A stretch of 64,000 bases of DNA, from contig OX597828.1 of NCBI GenBank assembly GCA_951406725.2, positions 54,436,001 through 54,500,000 of the forward strand, written 5' to 3'. The DNA comes from Octopus vulgaris. Its lineage: Eukaryota. This document shows, in pieces, positions 28,435 to 43,612 of the stretch (positions are counted from its first letter, which is position 1; each line of letters starts with the position of its first letter). The notes below the pieces were generated by a model. The model worked only from the letters and a program-made list of their open reading frames with translations. It made no database searches and had not been told where the DNA came from. A program made the position numbers and the translations under genes.

Positions 28435-28570
28435 ATTATAGACACAAAACTTAAAATTTTGGGGGAGGAGCAAATCGATTAGCTCAATCCCAATTCTCAA
28501 CTGGTATTTATTTTATCGACCCCGAAAATTTAAAGTAAAGTCAATCTCCGCCGCACTTGAACTCAGGACA
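28435..28570 (-). mobile_element. SINE B (tail-2) fragment
   Basis: Homology to other copies. Confidence 0.65.
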
Positions 28571-29264
28571 TAAAAAAAAACAAGAAATTAAATAACTTTA
28601 ATTAATAAATTTTCGTAATAATAAAAATAATTAGATTAAAATAAATGGTAAGAATAAACAAAAAAGAGAAAGAAATACATTTAAAGAATCAGGCAACTAG
28701 GACTCACAAAGGAGAAATTGAAACCAAAGAAGTATAATTTTTGACTTTTTATGTTTGTTTGTCTTTGAAAACCCTTCTCACAACCGCTTTTCCTTTCCAT
28801 TTAATATAAAATTGGCCTCAAAATGAGATAGTAATGTTAAGAGCCTACTTATAGATGACACGCAAAGTAGGAGTCCATTTTAAGAGTGTCTTTATTTAGA
28901 CTGGTCGCTGTTATGTGGTTAACTAATTTTAACATATCATGATCTACACTGCTAAATATACAATTGATTTAAAAACATAGGCGTTTGCAGCTATGGCTCT
29001 TGGCTTAAGTAATAAAGTACAAATAAATGCTTTCAGCGCCAGCTTATAAACAAGTTAGTTGTGATAACGTTTACAATTTGGTATCATCAAAATTATTGGT
29101 GTTCAGAAGTATTATATTTTTAAGGAAATGTAATATTTTCAAATACAGCTAACTTCAGATAGTTTAGATTAGAATAGATGGATCATAACGATGTAATTTA
29201 ATTATTATGATGTTGCGTTCTGAAATATAGTTATGAACAAAAATTTACGTTTATTTTTTGCCAA

Positions 29265-29340
29265 GAGGCATGCGTTGCCATTGTGAATTGGTCCGCGTGC
29301 CACAAATGGTACGCGTGGCATAGGTTGCCGACACCAGATC
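29265..29340. mobile_element. hAT-like terminal fragment
   Basis: cgcgtgccacaaatggtacgcgtggcataggttgccgacacc resembles Charlie-type subterminal and terminal motifs. Confidence 0.45.
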
Positions 29341-29486
29341 TAAATCTATGCGGGTTTTTTTACCCCTTATCTACTGCAGTCCGATCGAATAGTCGAAAAT
29401 TGAGAATCTAACCCTAACCCTAATCCAAAACATCATTTGGTGACTGTCGATTTCACTCTTGTACTTGCATTTTATCCCTGTTATAT

Positions 29487-29529
<43 letters not shown>

Positions 29530-30049
29530 TGTGATGTGTGTGTTTATGTATATATTCGTTTCTCATTTTCCTGCCTTCCCTGGCAGTTTTCCAATATGAT
29601 CCTATTTTAACGGTCTTCAAGTCTTGGGTCTACGGACGAGGTGATCTTCACTATTTCACAGTTGTGACTGGTACAGCCCTGTTACCAACGACCTCTTTAG
29701 TCAACTGTTGTTGCAGCTCTCTGTGTTGTTCCCTGCTTATCAAATGTTGACTGAGGGCCACAAAGATTTTGAAGGTTCTCCCAGCTTAGAGGGATTCCAG
29801 TATCTACCTCTCTTTATTTTAGCTCTGGCAAAATTTGAAGTCCACATTTATTTAAAGTTACATAACCAAATATCACAAAGAATTTTTCTTTGTTGCTCTA
29901 CTGATTCTACCATCAATTGCTCAAGAGTAACGATAATAGGTACTGTCAGTGACAGAGCCTAAACGAGAACGCTCAACCTCTTAGAAATAGATGGTTAATC
30001 CGCTTCAAATCACCTGACTACCATACGTTTGTGTGAAGGTGCGTATAAT

Positions 30050-30374
30050 TATAAGTGTTTGCTATAGAATCAGAAAAGTCAAAGTTCCTAGAATCATTTC
30101 GAATTGCTATCGCACCGTTCACGTCATTTTTTGACCTCCATTCAGTTCTGGAGAATAAATTACGTCTACAGATAGACTCAACAATGAAATTATTTTCTCT
30201 GTATAATAGAAGTATATTTCATTTTCGGACGAAGAAGTTTTACAAATTAATTCCACTGGTACTATAAGCAAATACTGAATTTTTGCAATTTTATGTAACG
30301 TTAGATAAAATAAAATAAAATTAAACAGCAATAAACTATGCCGTTTTAATCCCGAGCAACGCCGGGTATCTCTG
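30050..30374 (+). mobile_element. Helitron-like 3' end
   Basis: cccgagcaacgccgggtatctctg hairpin, same motif as in the 38584 element; 5' limit uncertain. Confidence 0.55.
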
Positions 30375-30385
30375 ATATATATATG

Positions 30386-30428
<43 letters not shown>

Positions 30429-30429
<1 letters not shown>

Positions 30430-30539
30430 GTTAATCCAAATAAGTTAATCCAAACAAGAAAACAAAAACAAAAAAACAACAACGCAAGGACGTGGAACAA
30501 ATAAAGTATTATTGGACGCTCAGGAAAGAAGGGAAGAAG

Positions 30540-30541
<2 letters not shown>
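30429..30541 (-). mobile_element. Family H 3' fragment inside (TA)n
   Basis: Reverse complement of 45825-45922. Confidence 0.75.
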
Positions 30542-30574
<33 letters not shown>

Positions 30575-30577
<3 letters not shown>

Positions 30578-30735
30578 CGGGTATCTTTCAGTTTCCGCCA
30601 ACTAAATCTACTCTGAAGGCTTTGGTCGACCAGAGGCTATAGCAGAAGACATTTGTCCAAAGTGCCAGCGGTGAACTGAACTCGGAACCACGTGGTTAGG
30701 AAGCAAGCTTCTTACCAAACAACCACACTTGCGCG
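30575..30735 (-). mobile_element. SINE A head half
   Basis: Homology to full copies. Confidence 0.7.
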
Positions 30736-30736
30736 C

Positions 30737-30785
<49 letters not shown>

Positions 30786-31241
30786 AATTTGAATTATTAT
30801 TTAATATATAAGTCACGGCCCTACAGACAAAAGAAAAACAGTTCTGCGTTTGGTTGTCTTTAACTAACTTCATCACTTGATGGTTTGAGATAGCAGCGAG
30901 GTAATTAGGTTAACAAATGTAGTTAGTTTGACATTACTACGTGGAATGTATACTTTGTTTCTCGAAAATTAGTTCTCTGGGGATTTCGGTTAAAGGCAGG
31001 AATGGACATTTTCTATAGTTCTAATTATCGTGTGCGTAGTTTTCTGTAGGTCAATAATTGGACTTATTGATGCCACACAGATTGCAATAAAATAAGATCG
31101 AGATAATCAGGCTGTTTCTATGTGGTTACTAGACCTGCTGATAACAATAGCAGACAATTTCGCCTCAAGTCAAACAATCTTACTATGATTGATTCTTATG
31201 TAAGCAGGCAAAATTATTATCTACATAATTGGTAGTTATGT

Positions 31242-31300
<59 letters not shown>

Positions 31301-32164
31301 CATATATAAAATGGCTTGCTACTAACAATGCTTTATATGAAATGAATGTTAGTAGCAAGCCATTAAATAGGGGCATTGCAATGAATATCTTCTGTGATAA
31401 GTGAAACCGGTTGAAATTATGAACTATGATGTATTTTTGTAATTACGGAATAATTTAGTAAGGTATTTTCAAAATATTTGAGTGTGCTTTGGAATCTGTT
31501 ATTTGGAAATGATTTGATTGTAATAATGCATTTTGGTCATGATATGATATTTCGGAATATGAAACAACGTTTTCTGAATTATTTTGAATATGATAATCTC
31601 TTTTTCAATACATATTATTATATTTTGAAATAATTTGACTGTAATGATATACTCTGGAATTAATTCACTGCAATATAAGAAGGAAAACACATTTTCTTCT
31701 TATTATTATCCTTATTTCCTGACTTTTGTGGAATACTTTTAACATTACACACAGACACACATATAGACACAGAGAAACAAATAAACATAAAAAACACACG
31801 CACACATACACATTTATATTTATGCATGTATGTGTGTATACGATTATCAGTGTGTTTTTGTATGGACGTATGTGTATGTGTAGGTATGTGTGTGTATGTT
31901 TGTGTGCTACAGAGAAACTGTTGTTTTCCCTTTCACAAATTGTTGCATACGATGCCTTATATAAATAAGTCCAATGATTGAAACAGGTTAAAGAGTAAAA
32001 AATATATATCCTTATCCAAAATAGAGACGAGTAATAATGTTGACATTTTGAGAGTTTGCCAATTGGTAAGAGATTCTATTTTACAAATAAGAAATATTCA
32101 TCCACCAATGCGTTGTAGCTTACTCATTTTCACTGTTAAATATTACTGTATATGTATCTATGTT

Positions 32165-32240
<76 letters not shown>

Positions 32241-32597
32241 CATGTGTGTGTACGGTAATATATATATGTATATACGTATGTATATATATATATATGAGTA
32301 TGTGTGTAAGTATATATATATGTGTGTGTGTGTACGTAAATTTTGAACGATGGAAATGAATGCTCAAAACCGCATTGGTGGATATATTTTTTTTAATATT
32401 TTATATTATATATTTTATATTTGAATTAAGGCTATTTTTGGTTTCATGTTAAGGAAAGTAGGAAAATATCCTAGTGTCGTAGCAAATTTTCAAGCCGATC
32501 ACATGGAGAAAGGCGTTCGCCTCCATTTTGGAATACTCTCTCGCTTCGTTCACGGAGTTTCTCGCAAATTCGCGTAAATAAATCAATTCCATGCATT

Positions 32598-32667
<70 letters not shown>

Positions 32668-32791
32668 CAGACAAAAATACATACATATTATATATCCCAA
32701 TATTATTTTCTGAAACAAGGATTATACAGAGTTAGCAAAAAGTGCGGCAATGACCCCCCAAAAAGGTATGTCCTCAACTACCTTACGCATC

Positions 32792-32831
<40 letters not shown>

Positions 32832-33002
32832 TATAATATATATGCATATATGTATGTCTGTATGTATATATATACATAAATATTGTATACCTGTATATAG
32901 ATAAATATCTATCAATTTACCTGTCTCTCTCTATCACTCTCCCTCCACACACACATACACACTCAGATAGATAAATAGATAGTTAGATAGATACACAGAT
33001 TA

Positions 33003-33099
<97 letters not shown>

Positions 33100-33502
33100 C
33101 ATTCACTGTATTTATGGCTCTTACAGGGATGCAGGAATATTTGTTCTTCCCTCAGTTTTATGGAAGTCTAAAAGCCACAGAAACATAACTAGTCCTGGAA
33201 GAGTAATTGATTTAATAAATGAAAATCTCTGCGCTCTCTACTTTCTATATTGAGTAATGAATGTTAAATTGTAACTGTCTCTGCCTTGAATGGGAGACAT
33301 CTAGCAATTATGCATACGATCACTCACACCCACACACACACACACACACATACTAACGCACGCACATTTCAAATACCAGCTGGCCTCACACATATTTATA
33401 CGCACATACGTAAAGTCGCGCGTATTATTGAATCTCCCCAATAGTAATTGTTCCGTTGTTGGTCTTTAACTTACTTTAAAATAATAACCTCAATTTGACA
33501 TT

Positions 33503-33555
<53 letters not shown>

Positions 33556-34673
33556 AAACACACAAACACATTCACAAACACATACATATACAAACACACA
33601 CAGATACACTCACAAACACACACACACACACAGACATGCACACATTCACAAACACACACACACACATTCACAAACACACACACACACACATTCACAAACA
33701 CACACACACACAACACACACACACATACACAAACACACACGCACACAAACACACACACACACACACACAAACACACATACACAAACACACACACACACAT
33801 TCACAAACACACATACATACACAAACACACACACATACATACACACGCACGCTCACACACACACACACATGCACGCAGACACAGAAACACGTATGTACGT
33901 GTCTTACCAAGCTGAGTGGCATAACCAATATTTCAACGTCTCCCACTCACGAATCCATTTCTGCGTGTATGTGTGAGTGTGTGTGTAACATATATGTATA
34001 TATGTGTGTGTGTGTGTTGTGTGTGTGCTAGTCGCCGTTATACGATCTTCTTCAGTCCAGTGAGACTTTACTAAGTACATCTTGTAATTATTGCAACAAT
34101 TGCAACCCATTAACATTTCATTTAATTGGAAAAGCACGTTTCATCCATCGACTTTGCAGTAATCCCTCTCTCTCTCTTTTCTTTTCTCTCACTCTCACTT
34201 TTTCTCTCTCTTTTCCTCTCTCTCATTCATACACACACACACTCTCTCTCTCTCTCGCTTTGCTTCTCCATATCTGTCTTTATCACTTATACTTTCTATT
34301 TCTCTCTTCCTCTCTCACACTCTTTCATTGCCCCTTTCCTCTCTACTTCTCCTCTTTGTACCTCATTGTTCTTCCATATTCCCCACATTCCACTTCCTCT
34401 CTGTTTTCGCGTTAGTTTCTTCAACGCTTCTTTTTCTAATGAAAATATCTGCAGTTCATGCGGAAAACCTGCAACTCGAACCCCGTTACCATTTATCAGA
34501 GAAGTTGCAGAAGACTAATGAGACCTAATCAGATTGGAAGTAGAATAAGATTTCGGAATGGAATAGGTTTTTAGATTATCTTCTAAAAAGGTTTTTAAGC
34601 TTAACCCTGTCCCGCTCTCGTAGTCATTATTTTCTATATTTGGTCAATACGTATAATTTATACGCTTCTTTGT

Positions 34674-34976
34674 GGAGGTACATGGCCTAGTGGTTAGAAC
34701 ATCGGACTCGCGGTCGAGGGATTGCGGGTTCGAATCTTAGACCGGGTGATGTGTGTGTTTATGAGCGAAACACCTAAGCTCCATGCGGCTCCGGCAGAAG
34801 GTAATGGCGAAACGTCTGCTGACTCTTTCGCCACAACCTTCTCTCATTCTTTCCTCCTGCATCTTGCAGCTCACCTGCGACGGACCGGCGTCCCGTCCAG
34901 GTGGGGAACCTATACGCCAAGGAAACCGAGAAACCGGCCCTTATGAGCCAGGGATGGCTCGAGAAGGAACAAACAA
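34674..34976 (+). mobile_element. SINE family E
   Basis: Close copy of 11399-11695. Confidence 0.9.
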
Positions 34977-36384
34977 CACGCTTCTTTGCTTGGATAACCA
35001 AAGCTCAATATCCAGTGTTTATTGGGTAACAAATCCTCTGAGAAAGCAGTCTCAGAGAGAGATGGGACATGTGCTATTCAGGCTGCACTAAAGAACAGGG
35101 AGTCAGGAGTATTCTATTTATATTAAAGGCTCCAGGCATTGCTGGAGTTCCTACTCTCCCTCCCAGTTATGAATATGTAATTGGTACTTTCGCGCAATTA
35201 TGTGGCTTCAAATCCCGGTGGCAGTTTTCAGTAAATGTCTCCTTCCATTGGTCACCTCGGTTTGACCAATATCATGGGAATAAATTACGCGGAAGCCCGT
35301 TTTACACCCCGCCCCCACACGCACACACAATATCAGAGTAGCTAGTTAGAAAATCTCAATAAGAGATGATAGCAATAACTATACTGAGAAGTAATGTTTA
35401 TCGCCACTTCAACATAGCTGTTCTGTAGGAACCGACGTTACTACTGTTTTTAACTCCAGGAGGACGCCTCCTCTAGTTGGCTGCGGATGCAATCTGCACC
35501 CGATATATATTGCTAGCAGGGGAGCGAACTCCTGCCATCTTCCAGCGACGTCGCGACCAAATGCAGTGTTGAAGAAAGGTACTCAGCCAATAAATTATCG
35601 TACATTTGATATATTCGTAGCATGTACTGAACTGTTATTATCCATTCATCTTAATTTATTATGCACACTTGCTCGCATTCAGAAATATGGATGGTGATGG
35701 TGGCGATGGTAATAGTGGTGGTGATGATGGTAGTGACGATTATAGTAGTGGCGGTTGTGGGGTGTTGGTGGAGGAAGGTCGTTGGTCACTTCTTGATAAA
35801 TTCTGCGGATGACCCGGTGCGAAGAAGACTTATGCAGCATCACCATAACGTATGTATAAATGTATGTGGATGCGTGCAATTGATAGACATCCGTAAAAAT
35901 AAAAGCGATTCAGTCACGTCCTTCGAGGCTCACAGATCAGAGTTCACCACGGGCATCTTTACCTCTTATATTTCACCATTAAAATATTTAGCGTCCCGTT
36001 TACGCGCAACTAGGGCGTGTGATTTGAGAGAGATTTGGTTGCTATTTCCTGCTGATCAAATGACCACATAGACGATAATATGGGGCTCAACAACAGCAAC
36101 AACATCTACTATGATCACCATATAACCGGGGACATCATAGGTCTGTCCTATCGTCTTGAGAATGGCAAAGGCACATTATCACATGTGGTCCTGCATCTCA
36201 AGGGGATGGTCTTGACTGGAACCTGTTTGAACATGCATAAATCTACTGGATTAGGGCTCGCCTCGCCTTACGCAACAAATAACAACAAGTAGTGTTCGTT
36301 CTAATCTATACGACTCTAAATTCCCTCCAAAATTGGTAACCTAAAGTTGAACTTAGAATTCATAACCACTACGGATTGTCAAGT

Positions 36385-36436
<52 letters not shown>

Positions 36437-37049
36437 AAAGAATGAGACGGAAAGAGAGAGCGAAAGTAGATGAAAAAAGAAAGGGGAGAAGATAGAGGGA
36501 GAGAGAAAGAAAGGAGAAAGAGTGGAGGGATTTGATGGATGTTATATGTCATCGGAGTAGGTGCAAATGGGGTGTAAATGGGGTGTAACTGTGCGTCTCC
36601 ATCCTGCGGAACGAGAAAATCTCAAGAATTAACGATTATAAAGTCGAAAACTAATATAACATTAGTTTGCTATACATCTGGTATTAGAAGACCTGCCTGG
36701 GACTAATTGAAACATGGTTCTTTCTAATTCCCTATCTCTGCATATCTCATTTACTGCGTATGTGCATGTATATATGCATACATGTGTGTATATGTATGTG
36801 TGTATGTGCGTATGTGCGTGTGCTTACATGAATATACATTTGCAGGTGTATGTGTGCGGGAGCGCGCGTGTGTACATATACTAGTGCGAACACGCTATCC
36901 CAAAGATAGCGTATTTGGCATTATTTGGGATTGAATATGGTGAAATTAGTGCACGTTCTTTTTTACGCGCCCGCGCACACACATTTATGCGTGTGAGTGT
37001 TTGTGTATGTGTGTGCATGCACATGCGTGGGTGTTTATGATATCAATTT

Positions 37050-37441
37050 ATATTCTTTTCTATTCTAGGCACAAGGCCCGACATTTTTGGGGAGAGATCC
37101 AGTCGATTAGATCTACCCCAGTATGCAACTGGTACTTATTTTATCGACTTCGAAAGGATAAGAAGTAAAGTCGGCCTCGGTGGAATTTGAGCTCAGAACA
37201 TAAAGACAGACGAAATACCTATTTCTTTACTACCCACAGGAGGCTTAACACAGAGAGGACAAAGGACAGACAAACGGATTAAGTCGATTATATCGACCCT
37301 AGTGCGTAACTGGTACTTAATTTATCGAGCCCGAAAGGATGAAAGGCAAAGTCGACCTCGGCGGAATTTGAACTCAGAACGTAACGGCAGACGAAATACC
37401 GCTAAGCATTTCGCCCGGTGTGCTAATGTTTCTGCCGCCTT
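37050..37441 (-). mobile_element. Composite SINE B: head-body-tail1-body-tail2
   Basis: Same aaagaaatag|gtatttcgtctg junction (about 37219) as the 8513 composite. Confidence 0.85.
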
Positions 37442-37962
37442 GTAATGTCAATCTAAATTGTCTACGTTGATGCTACTGTGTGCGATTTCGAAGGAGATTT
37501 GGCTGCTATTTTGATCACGTGATTTAGAAAGCAGATTATTGTAAGATACTGTGTAATATATACAATATAGTTATGCTCATTTGTGCCTAAATTAGCTTAT
37601 GATCAAGCAGAACCTTAATGAATGAAGATCCAACCGTGATCATCCAGTCTGCCTTATAACAAGGACTTAATACAGTAAACAGCATCAACCGATTAGGAAA
37701 AAAACCTAATTATTTCAAGATTAGATGAAAGCGGTTCTATAATAATCTAGTAGGCTGTTGTTTCTAGCAGGTCAGGCGACCACTTAAAAGAGCTTGGTTT
37801 TTCCTTAGCTCAAACGTCTCTAGTTCGACAGGTAAATTTCTAATACTCGTTGGGTTGCAGTAGTAAAGGATGAAAGCCATTTCATAACTTCTATACTCTC
37901 ACGTTGCTATGGAAATTTTATCATCGCTTTCGTATCATTATTTATATGGCAATATTTGATGT

Positions 37963-38007
<45 letters not shown>

Positions 38008-38086
38008 TACATATATGTGTTTGAAGTACACATCATATTTACATCAACATGAATATGTATACACACACACACATATATATACACAC

Positions 38087-38141
<55 letters not shown>

Positions 38142-38583
38142 CATACATATATATATTTATATATACATATATATACGCACAAACACATATATGTATGTAG
38201 GTGTGCGTGTGTGTGTAACGCAGCATAGTGCATAATAAATAATCAATGTTTAGAGCTCCATGTGTTCATTTATAGTTTGAAAGATGCGTTCGAAAGCAGA
38301 AATCGAATTATTTTTCGAAATATCTTTGCTATCGATGTACAAAAAAAAAAGTACAAATTCAGCGCAGAAGATCGTGTCAACACTGCAAAGAAATGCATTT
38401 TTAGCAACATTCTCCCGATCAGGGCAACTTGGCCTTTTCTAACGGATACGTTGGAACTTATGCTATTCTATACATTTACCATATTATGGGTCTTTGTTAT
38501 GTAACGAACGTGTTTACAGCGTAAGCTATGGTTCACTCAAAACAACGAACTAGATAAGACTATAACACCTTTTGTTTATGTTA

Positions 38584-38882
38584 CTAGCAGTATCGCCCGG
38601 CGTTGGTCGGGTTTGTAAGTGAAATAACTATATAAGCATTTTTAGAGAGTTACTTCCCTTATATAATAGCAAAAAAATGCATTAAAAATGGGAAAAAATT
38701 ATGGTAAATTTTTTTTTAAATCGTTGACTCATCGTAGACGCGCGCTAATACCCAGAAGGGCTCGATATGAATCACGACTATAAGATACCCGCTTTTAGTT
38801 ACACTGCACCGCAAAATGTGGGAGTAGTTAGGAATCTAAATCGTAGGAGACAGACACACAACTTCACTTTTATATATAAAGA
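38584..38882 (-). mobile_element. Complete non-autonomous Helitron
   Basis: On minus: A|TC-TTTATATATAAAAG...CCCGACCAACGCCGGG hairpin...CTAG|T, i.e. canonical 5' TC, 3' CTAG and AT target. Confidence 0.8.
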
Positions 38883-38926
38883 TATTCTTTTATTCCGTGC
38901 TCTATTTTGTTGTACTCCATCAAAAT

Positions 38927-39189
38927 CAGTGACTCCCAAAGTGGGCAGTACTACCTCCCTGAAGGCGGTAGAAAGATCAAGGGGTCCGTTGAAGAAAAGT
39001 GGGGCGATAATGGGAGGGTGGGGGGCGATGAATATAAAAAAAACAAAAATAATAGGTTAACTAGGTTTAGTTTTATGTGTGAAATAGAGTTGTTTTGAAT
39101 TTGCTGCCGAAAGTGGTCTATGTTTGTGGTATTGAGTGGCGGTGGGGGTGGGGCTAGAAATGTAGCCCGAAAATGTTTGGGAACCACTT
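38927..39189. mobile_element. hAT-type MITE
   Basis: Imperfect TIRs cagtgactcccaaa and tttgggaaccact. Confidence 0.65.
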
Positions 39190-39456
39190 GTGTAAATATA
39201 CATATTGAGCCTACTTGTATTTATCTGCGTTTCTACTTTAACACAAAATAGATATGGAAAAAAGTATGAGTGAATATATTTTCATATGGTTAGTCTCATC
39301 AGTCTTACACGTATTTCGTTAATGAAGAAATCATTTATGCAACGATGTACATAACTATCAGATCACATCACCAAATCATCAGAGTTTGTATAATAAGCAA
39401 GACAATGTATAATAAATGACACAATTCAAAGCAGTCCGACTTACTATATTCTAATG

Positions 39457-39590
39457 CAGTGTTCCACAACCGGTATGCCGCGGCACACTGATGTGCCACG
39501 AGACGATACTAGGTGTGCCACAGTGTAACTTGAATATAATTTTTTCCTTATACTTTTAGTTATATTTTTATTTCAGCTGTGTGCCGAATT
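39457..39590. mobile_element. hAT (Charlie-like) left-end fragment
   Basis: cagtgttccacaaccggtatgccgcggcacac...gtgtgcc repeats. Confidence 0.55.
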
Positions 39591-39600
39591 TTAAAAAGCA

Positions 39601-41215
39601 TATCTCGTATATACTCGTGTAAAAGTCGAATTTTTAAAACCATTTTTTAAGGTCAAATTTATGGCGTCCACTACTACATGGATACTACTTTTGAGGGGCT
39701 GAAATTTAAGCTAGAATCCGAAGTACCGTATCAGCAGCAGAAGCCCAACTGATCTCTAAGCGAATAAAAACAAAAACACGATGGACTAGTATTATCACCA
39801 ATTCTATGCAACAAAACACACGTCCTAGTAAATAACAAAACCCATAAACAAGACCTCGTAGCACTTATAAATATTTACACTTTCTCTTTTATTTGTATCC
39901 AGCAGACTTACCAGACCAGCTGAGTGAAATCAATTTATACCTCATAATTATGTTATATTACCACCGGTAACATATCTACCCGGTACCGGCATGCTACTAC
40001 CTACCGTAATACGGTGCATGCAGCAGAAACCTGTTCAGCGTGTTACACATCATAACTCTTCAATAACATTACATTCTTTTCATATTCATGGCTAAAGTCA
40101 TATTCGTCACAAGTGTTTTAGTGGTGCATTTTTATTTCTAATTAATTAAAAGCATCTTAATGTTTTAAATACCAAAATTGATAAAAGAAGTAGAAACACC
40201 ACACCACTCTCCATCACCAACAGTCTCCACCGAAAACGTTTTCTTCTTCGTGTCTGGATAAAAGACCACCGTAACAATTCCTTTGCGGGCATTTTTATTT
40301 TTTATAAATTCAGTGAAGCTTATGGCTCAAAATATAAAATAGATATCAAAATAATTAATAATGTCAATAAAAACCAATAAATTATCAAATTTTTATTTAT
40401 GCAAACAAAAAGTGAAGTACAAATTTACGAAAATACAGCTTTAAATTATAATTACGATACGTGGTACATCTTCAAAATTTTACGCACAAAAGTTCAGTAA
40501 AATCCTATAAAATAAAGCTTTTCATCATCTTCAGCATTGAATGCAGCTTCATAATGATCAGGATGAATGATAACATCGTATGGATTCTCTTCATCTTCAT
40601 CTCCGCTGTCCATAATTAGAGGTAGCACACCATCCACTTCTTCGTCATCCATGTCATTCTATAGACAATCGTCTTCCATACCATCCAATGTATTCACAAT
40701 TCCACATTTCTTCCATGATCTGACAACAGTTTCAGCTTCTATTTCCTTCCATGAATCAACGATCCATTCACAGATCAGACGCAGTGATGGAGCCCGGCAT
40801 ACTACTTCCTTTCGTGTACGTTTTTTCTCCATCATCACGCATCCAGTTATTCCTCTTCATTCACACCATGTTCTTAAATGGCTTATTGATATTAACGCCT
40901 TAATGGTTGCAAAACACTTGTAAGTCCGACTGGAACTTCAGCTATATCAGTATTTGGTGACTTGGAGGCTATTAGCTGCGACGATTTCATCTCAATCGAA
41001 GGAGAGGGGCTTTCTCCGTCCGGGTTGCGGATCCGTGGAAATAAGCTGCCGGACGAGATAGTGAAGATGCCGACGACCGCTTTGTTCAAAGCCTCCCTGG
41101 ACCTCAAGTGGCCTGAACTCTTTGCGTGAACACTACCCTGTACATAACTCCATGTCCCCCTACATGGCCTTGCTTTTTGCTTATTTTGAAATTGTATGGA
41201 TAATACCGTACTAAA
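39601..41215 (-). mobile_element. pogo/Tigger-like transposon remnant (DDE_1 C-terminus at about 40520-41150)
   Basis: VPVGLTSVLQPL..INKPFK and RAPSLRLICEWIVDSWKEIEAETVVRSWKKCGIVNTLDGMEDD; end motif cgtatatactcgtgtaaaagtcga. Confidence 0.8.
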
Positions 41216-41282
41216 TTCTGGTGCTTCAACTTAAGTACCATATTCATCTGAATCTATCTATCTATCTATATACATATATAAG

Positions 41283-41428
41283 TCGGGCTTCTTTCAGTTT
41301 CCTTCAACCAAATCAACTCACTAGGCTTTGTTCTGCCTGAGGCTATAGTAGCAGACACTTGCTCAAGATGCCACACAGTGAGACTGAACTCTGAGACTGG
41401 TTGGGAAGCAAGCATCTCAGCACACAAC
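41283..41428 (-). mobile_element. SINE A head half
   Basis: Homology to full copies. Confidence 0.7.
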
Positions 41429-41446
41429 CAAATCAACACCTATACA

Positions 41447-41502
<56 letters not shown>

Positions 41503-42427
41503 TGTGTGTACGTGTATTCAAGTATTAAAGATTGTCAAGGAAAGACGAGGAGGAAATTACTCAATAAAGTATCTGAGGCATATTCTTCATTCTTGCATCT
41601 CGAGATTTACGTTACTGCAAACCTCAGAAAAGATCTGTCTTCTTGCGATATTTCCTGTTTTATATAGACTGAATACAGTGTGTATGAAACTATTGTATAT
41701 AATGTCTATAAAACCAGCTCGGAAATACTGAACGACTATACATCTCACCTGATGATAGCAACCATATGAATCGTGATTCTCAAGGAACATAATTCTATTG
41801 GAATAAACAATATATGAATACCTGACGTTGTGTTAATCACTCTAACATGCTTACTACTGCGACTAAGTTTCTAGCTGGGAGCAGTCTTCAGATAAACTTA
41901 TCTGCACATATTGCTAACAAATGAAACTTCTAATATCATTCTTCATTTATTTATTTTATTTTTATTTTTAACTCTAGAAAGATGAAAGTCAGATGAGACA
42001 GTAAAGCAGGCCAACACTATACAGGCAGAGTATTGTATTTATATATTCATATATTCATTTTCCTTTTTCCTTTATATTTTTACAGGCTGTTGACATTATC
42101 TTCCGTTGTTCCGTATCTTCAAAACACAATGTTTGAGTCTCCTCTTCTGTCCGTCTCCCCTCCCTCAATATCTATTATGCATACGTACGCACGTTTACAT
42201 CTGTGTGCATATATATACATCATGTACGTATGCATGTAAACAGATACCGGTACGTATGCATATATGTATATGCATTCATATAAACACATACATATGCATA
42301 CAGATATGTATGCATACATATAAACTTATGTTAGCTCACAAACACACACATATGTTATGCATGTATGAATGTATCTGGTGATGTGTAAGTTAGGCCATAC
42401 ATACACTGTCCACGTTTACTCACGCAT

Positions 42428-42527
<100 letters not shown>

Positions 42528-42739
42528 TTATTGTGCATTTGCTACTCTAAAGATTGTAAAAGCATTCAAAACACCCTCCTGTTAAGGATAGTATTAATCT
42601 AATGTATTTGATTATTTTTTAAAGTTCAAGTTAGCAGGATGCCAATCCGAACCAAGGTTTCGTTCAGTCGACTTCCAGATGCAACAGCTGAACGTCATGA
42701 AACTTTTATCACAGTCCTTCATTGTGTGCATGTGTGTAC

Positions 42740-42853
<114 letters not shown>

Positions 42854-42909
42854 ATATATATATATATATATATTTGTGTGTGTGTGTGTGTGTGTGTGTG
42901 AGTGAGTGC

Positions 42910-42940
<31 letters not shown>

Positions 42941-43397
42941 TAAAATTAGAAGTTAAGTTATGAATGACTTAGCAAACACAGTTTTCAGGTAAGGCAAATA
43001 CACGGTGGTAATTGTTTGTGGCTGCCAATGATAGGAGAAGATAATAACAAGGAATTAAGAATTAATTTCACAAAATTAATTTAGAAAAAACATGACAGCT
43101 ATTTGTCAATTAGCAGGGAAGGTGGGAACCACTAGGAACATCTTATGCTCTTACTGATCATTCCAGTGGCTGATGTCCTTTTGCTAGCCAACAAAAATCA
43201 GGTAAGGTAATTGATTGAAAAGGAAATTTCAATTCTCGAAATTTTCTCTCTTCATCATTGAAACTCAATATCAATAACCGCTACATTTTCGTTTAATTAT
43301 TCCAGCTAAGAAGAAATGTTCAATTATTTGCGAATAAGTTGTGGACATGGTTCATTAAACTTGCCGAAAGTTTTTGCCTTTGGCCTATATTATGTTT

Positions 43398-43552
43398 TAG
43401 GCATGGCTGTGTGGTAAGAAGCTTGCTTCCCAACCACATGGTTCCGGGTTCAGATCTACTGCGTGGCACCTTGGGCGAGTGCCTTCTGCTACAGTCTCGG
43501 TCCGACCAAAGCCTTGTAAATGGATTTGGTAGACGGAAACTGAAAGAAGTTC

Positions 43553-43555
<3 letters not shown>
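43398..43555 (+). mobile_element. SINE A head half ending in (TA)n
   Basis: Homology to full copies. Confidence 0.8.

Positions 43556-43612
<57 letters not shown>

Noticed and set aside
29580-29960. Complex sequence with short ORFs (also 5540-5830, 35060-35600, 59500-59735)
   Set aside because: No recognisable domain or exon structure; likely old repeat debris, but unassignable without a search.
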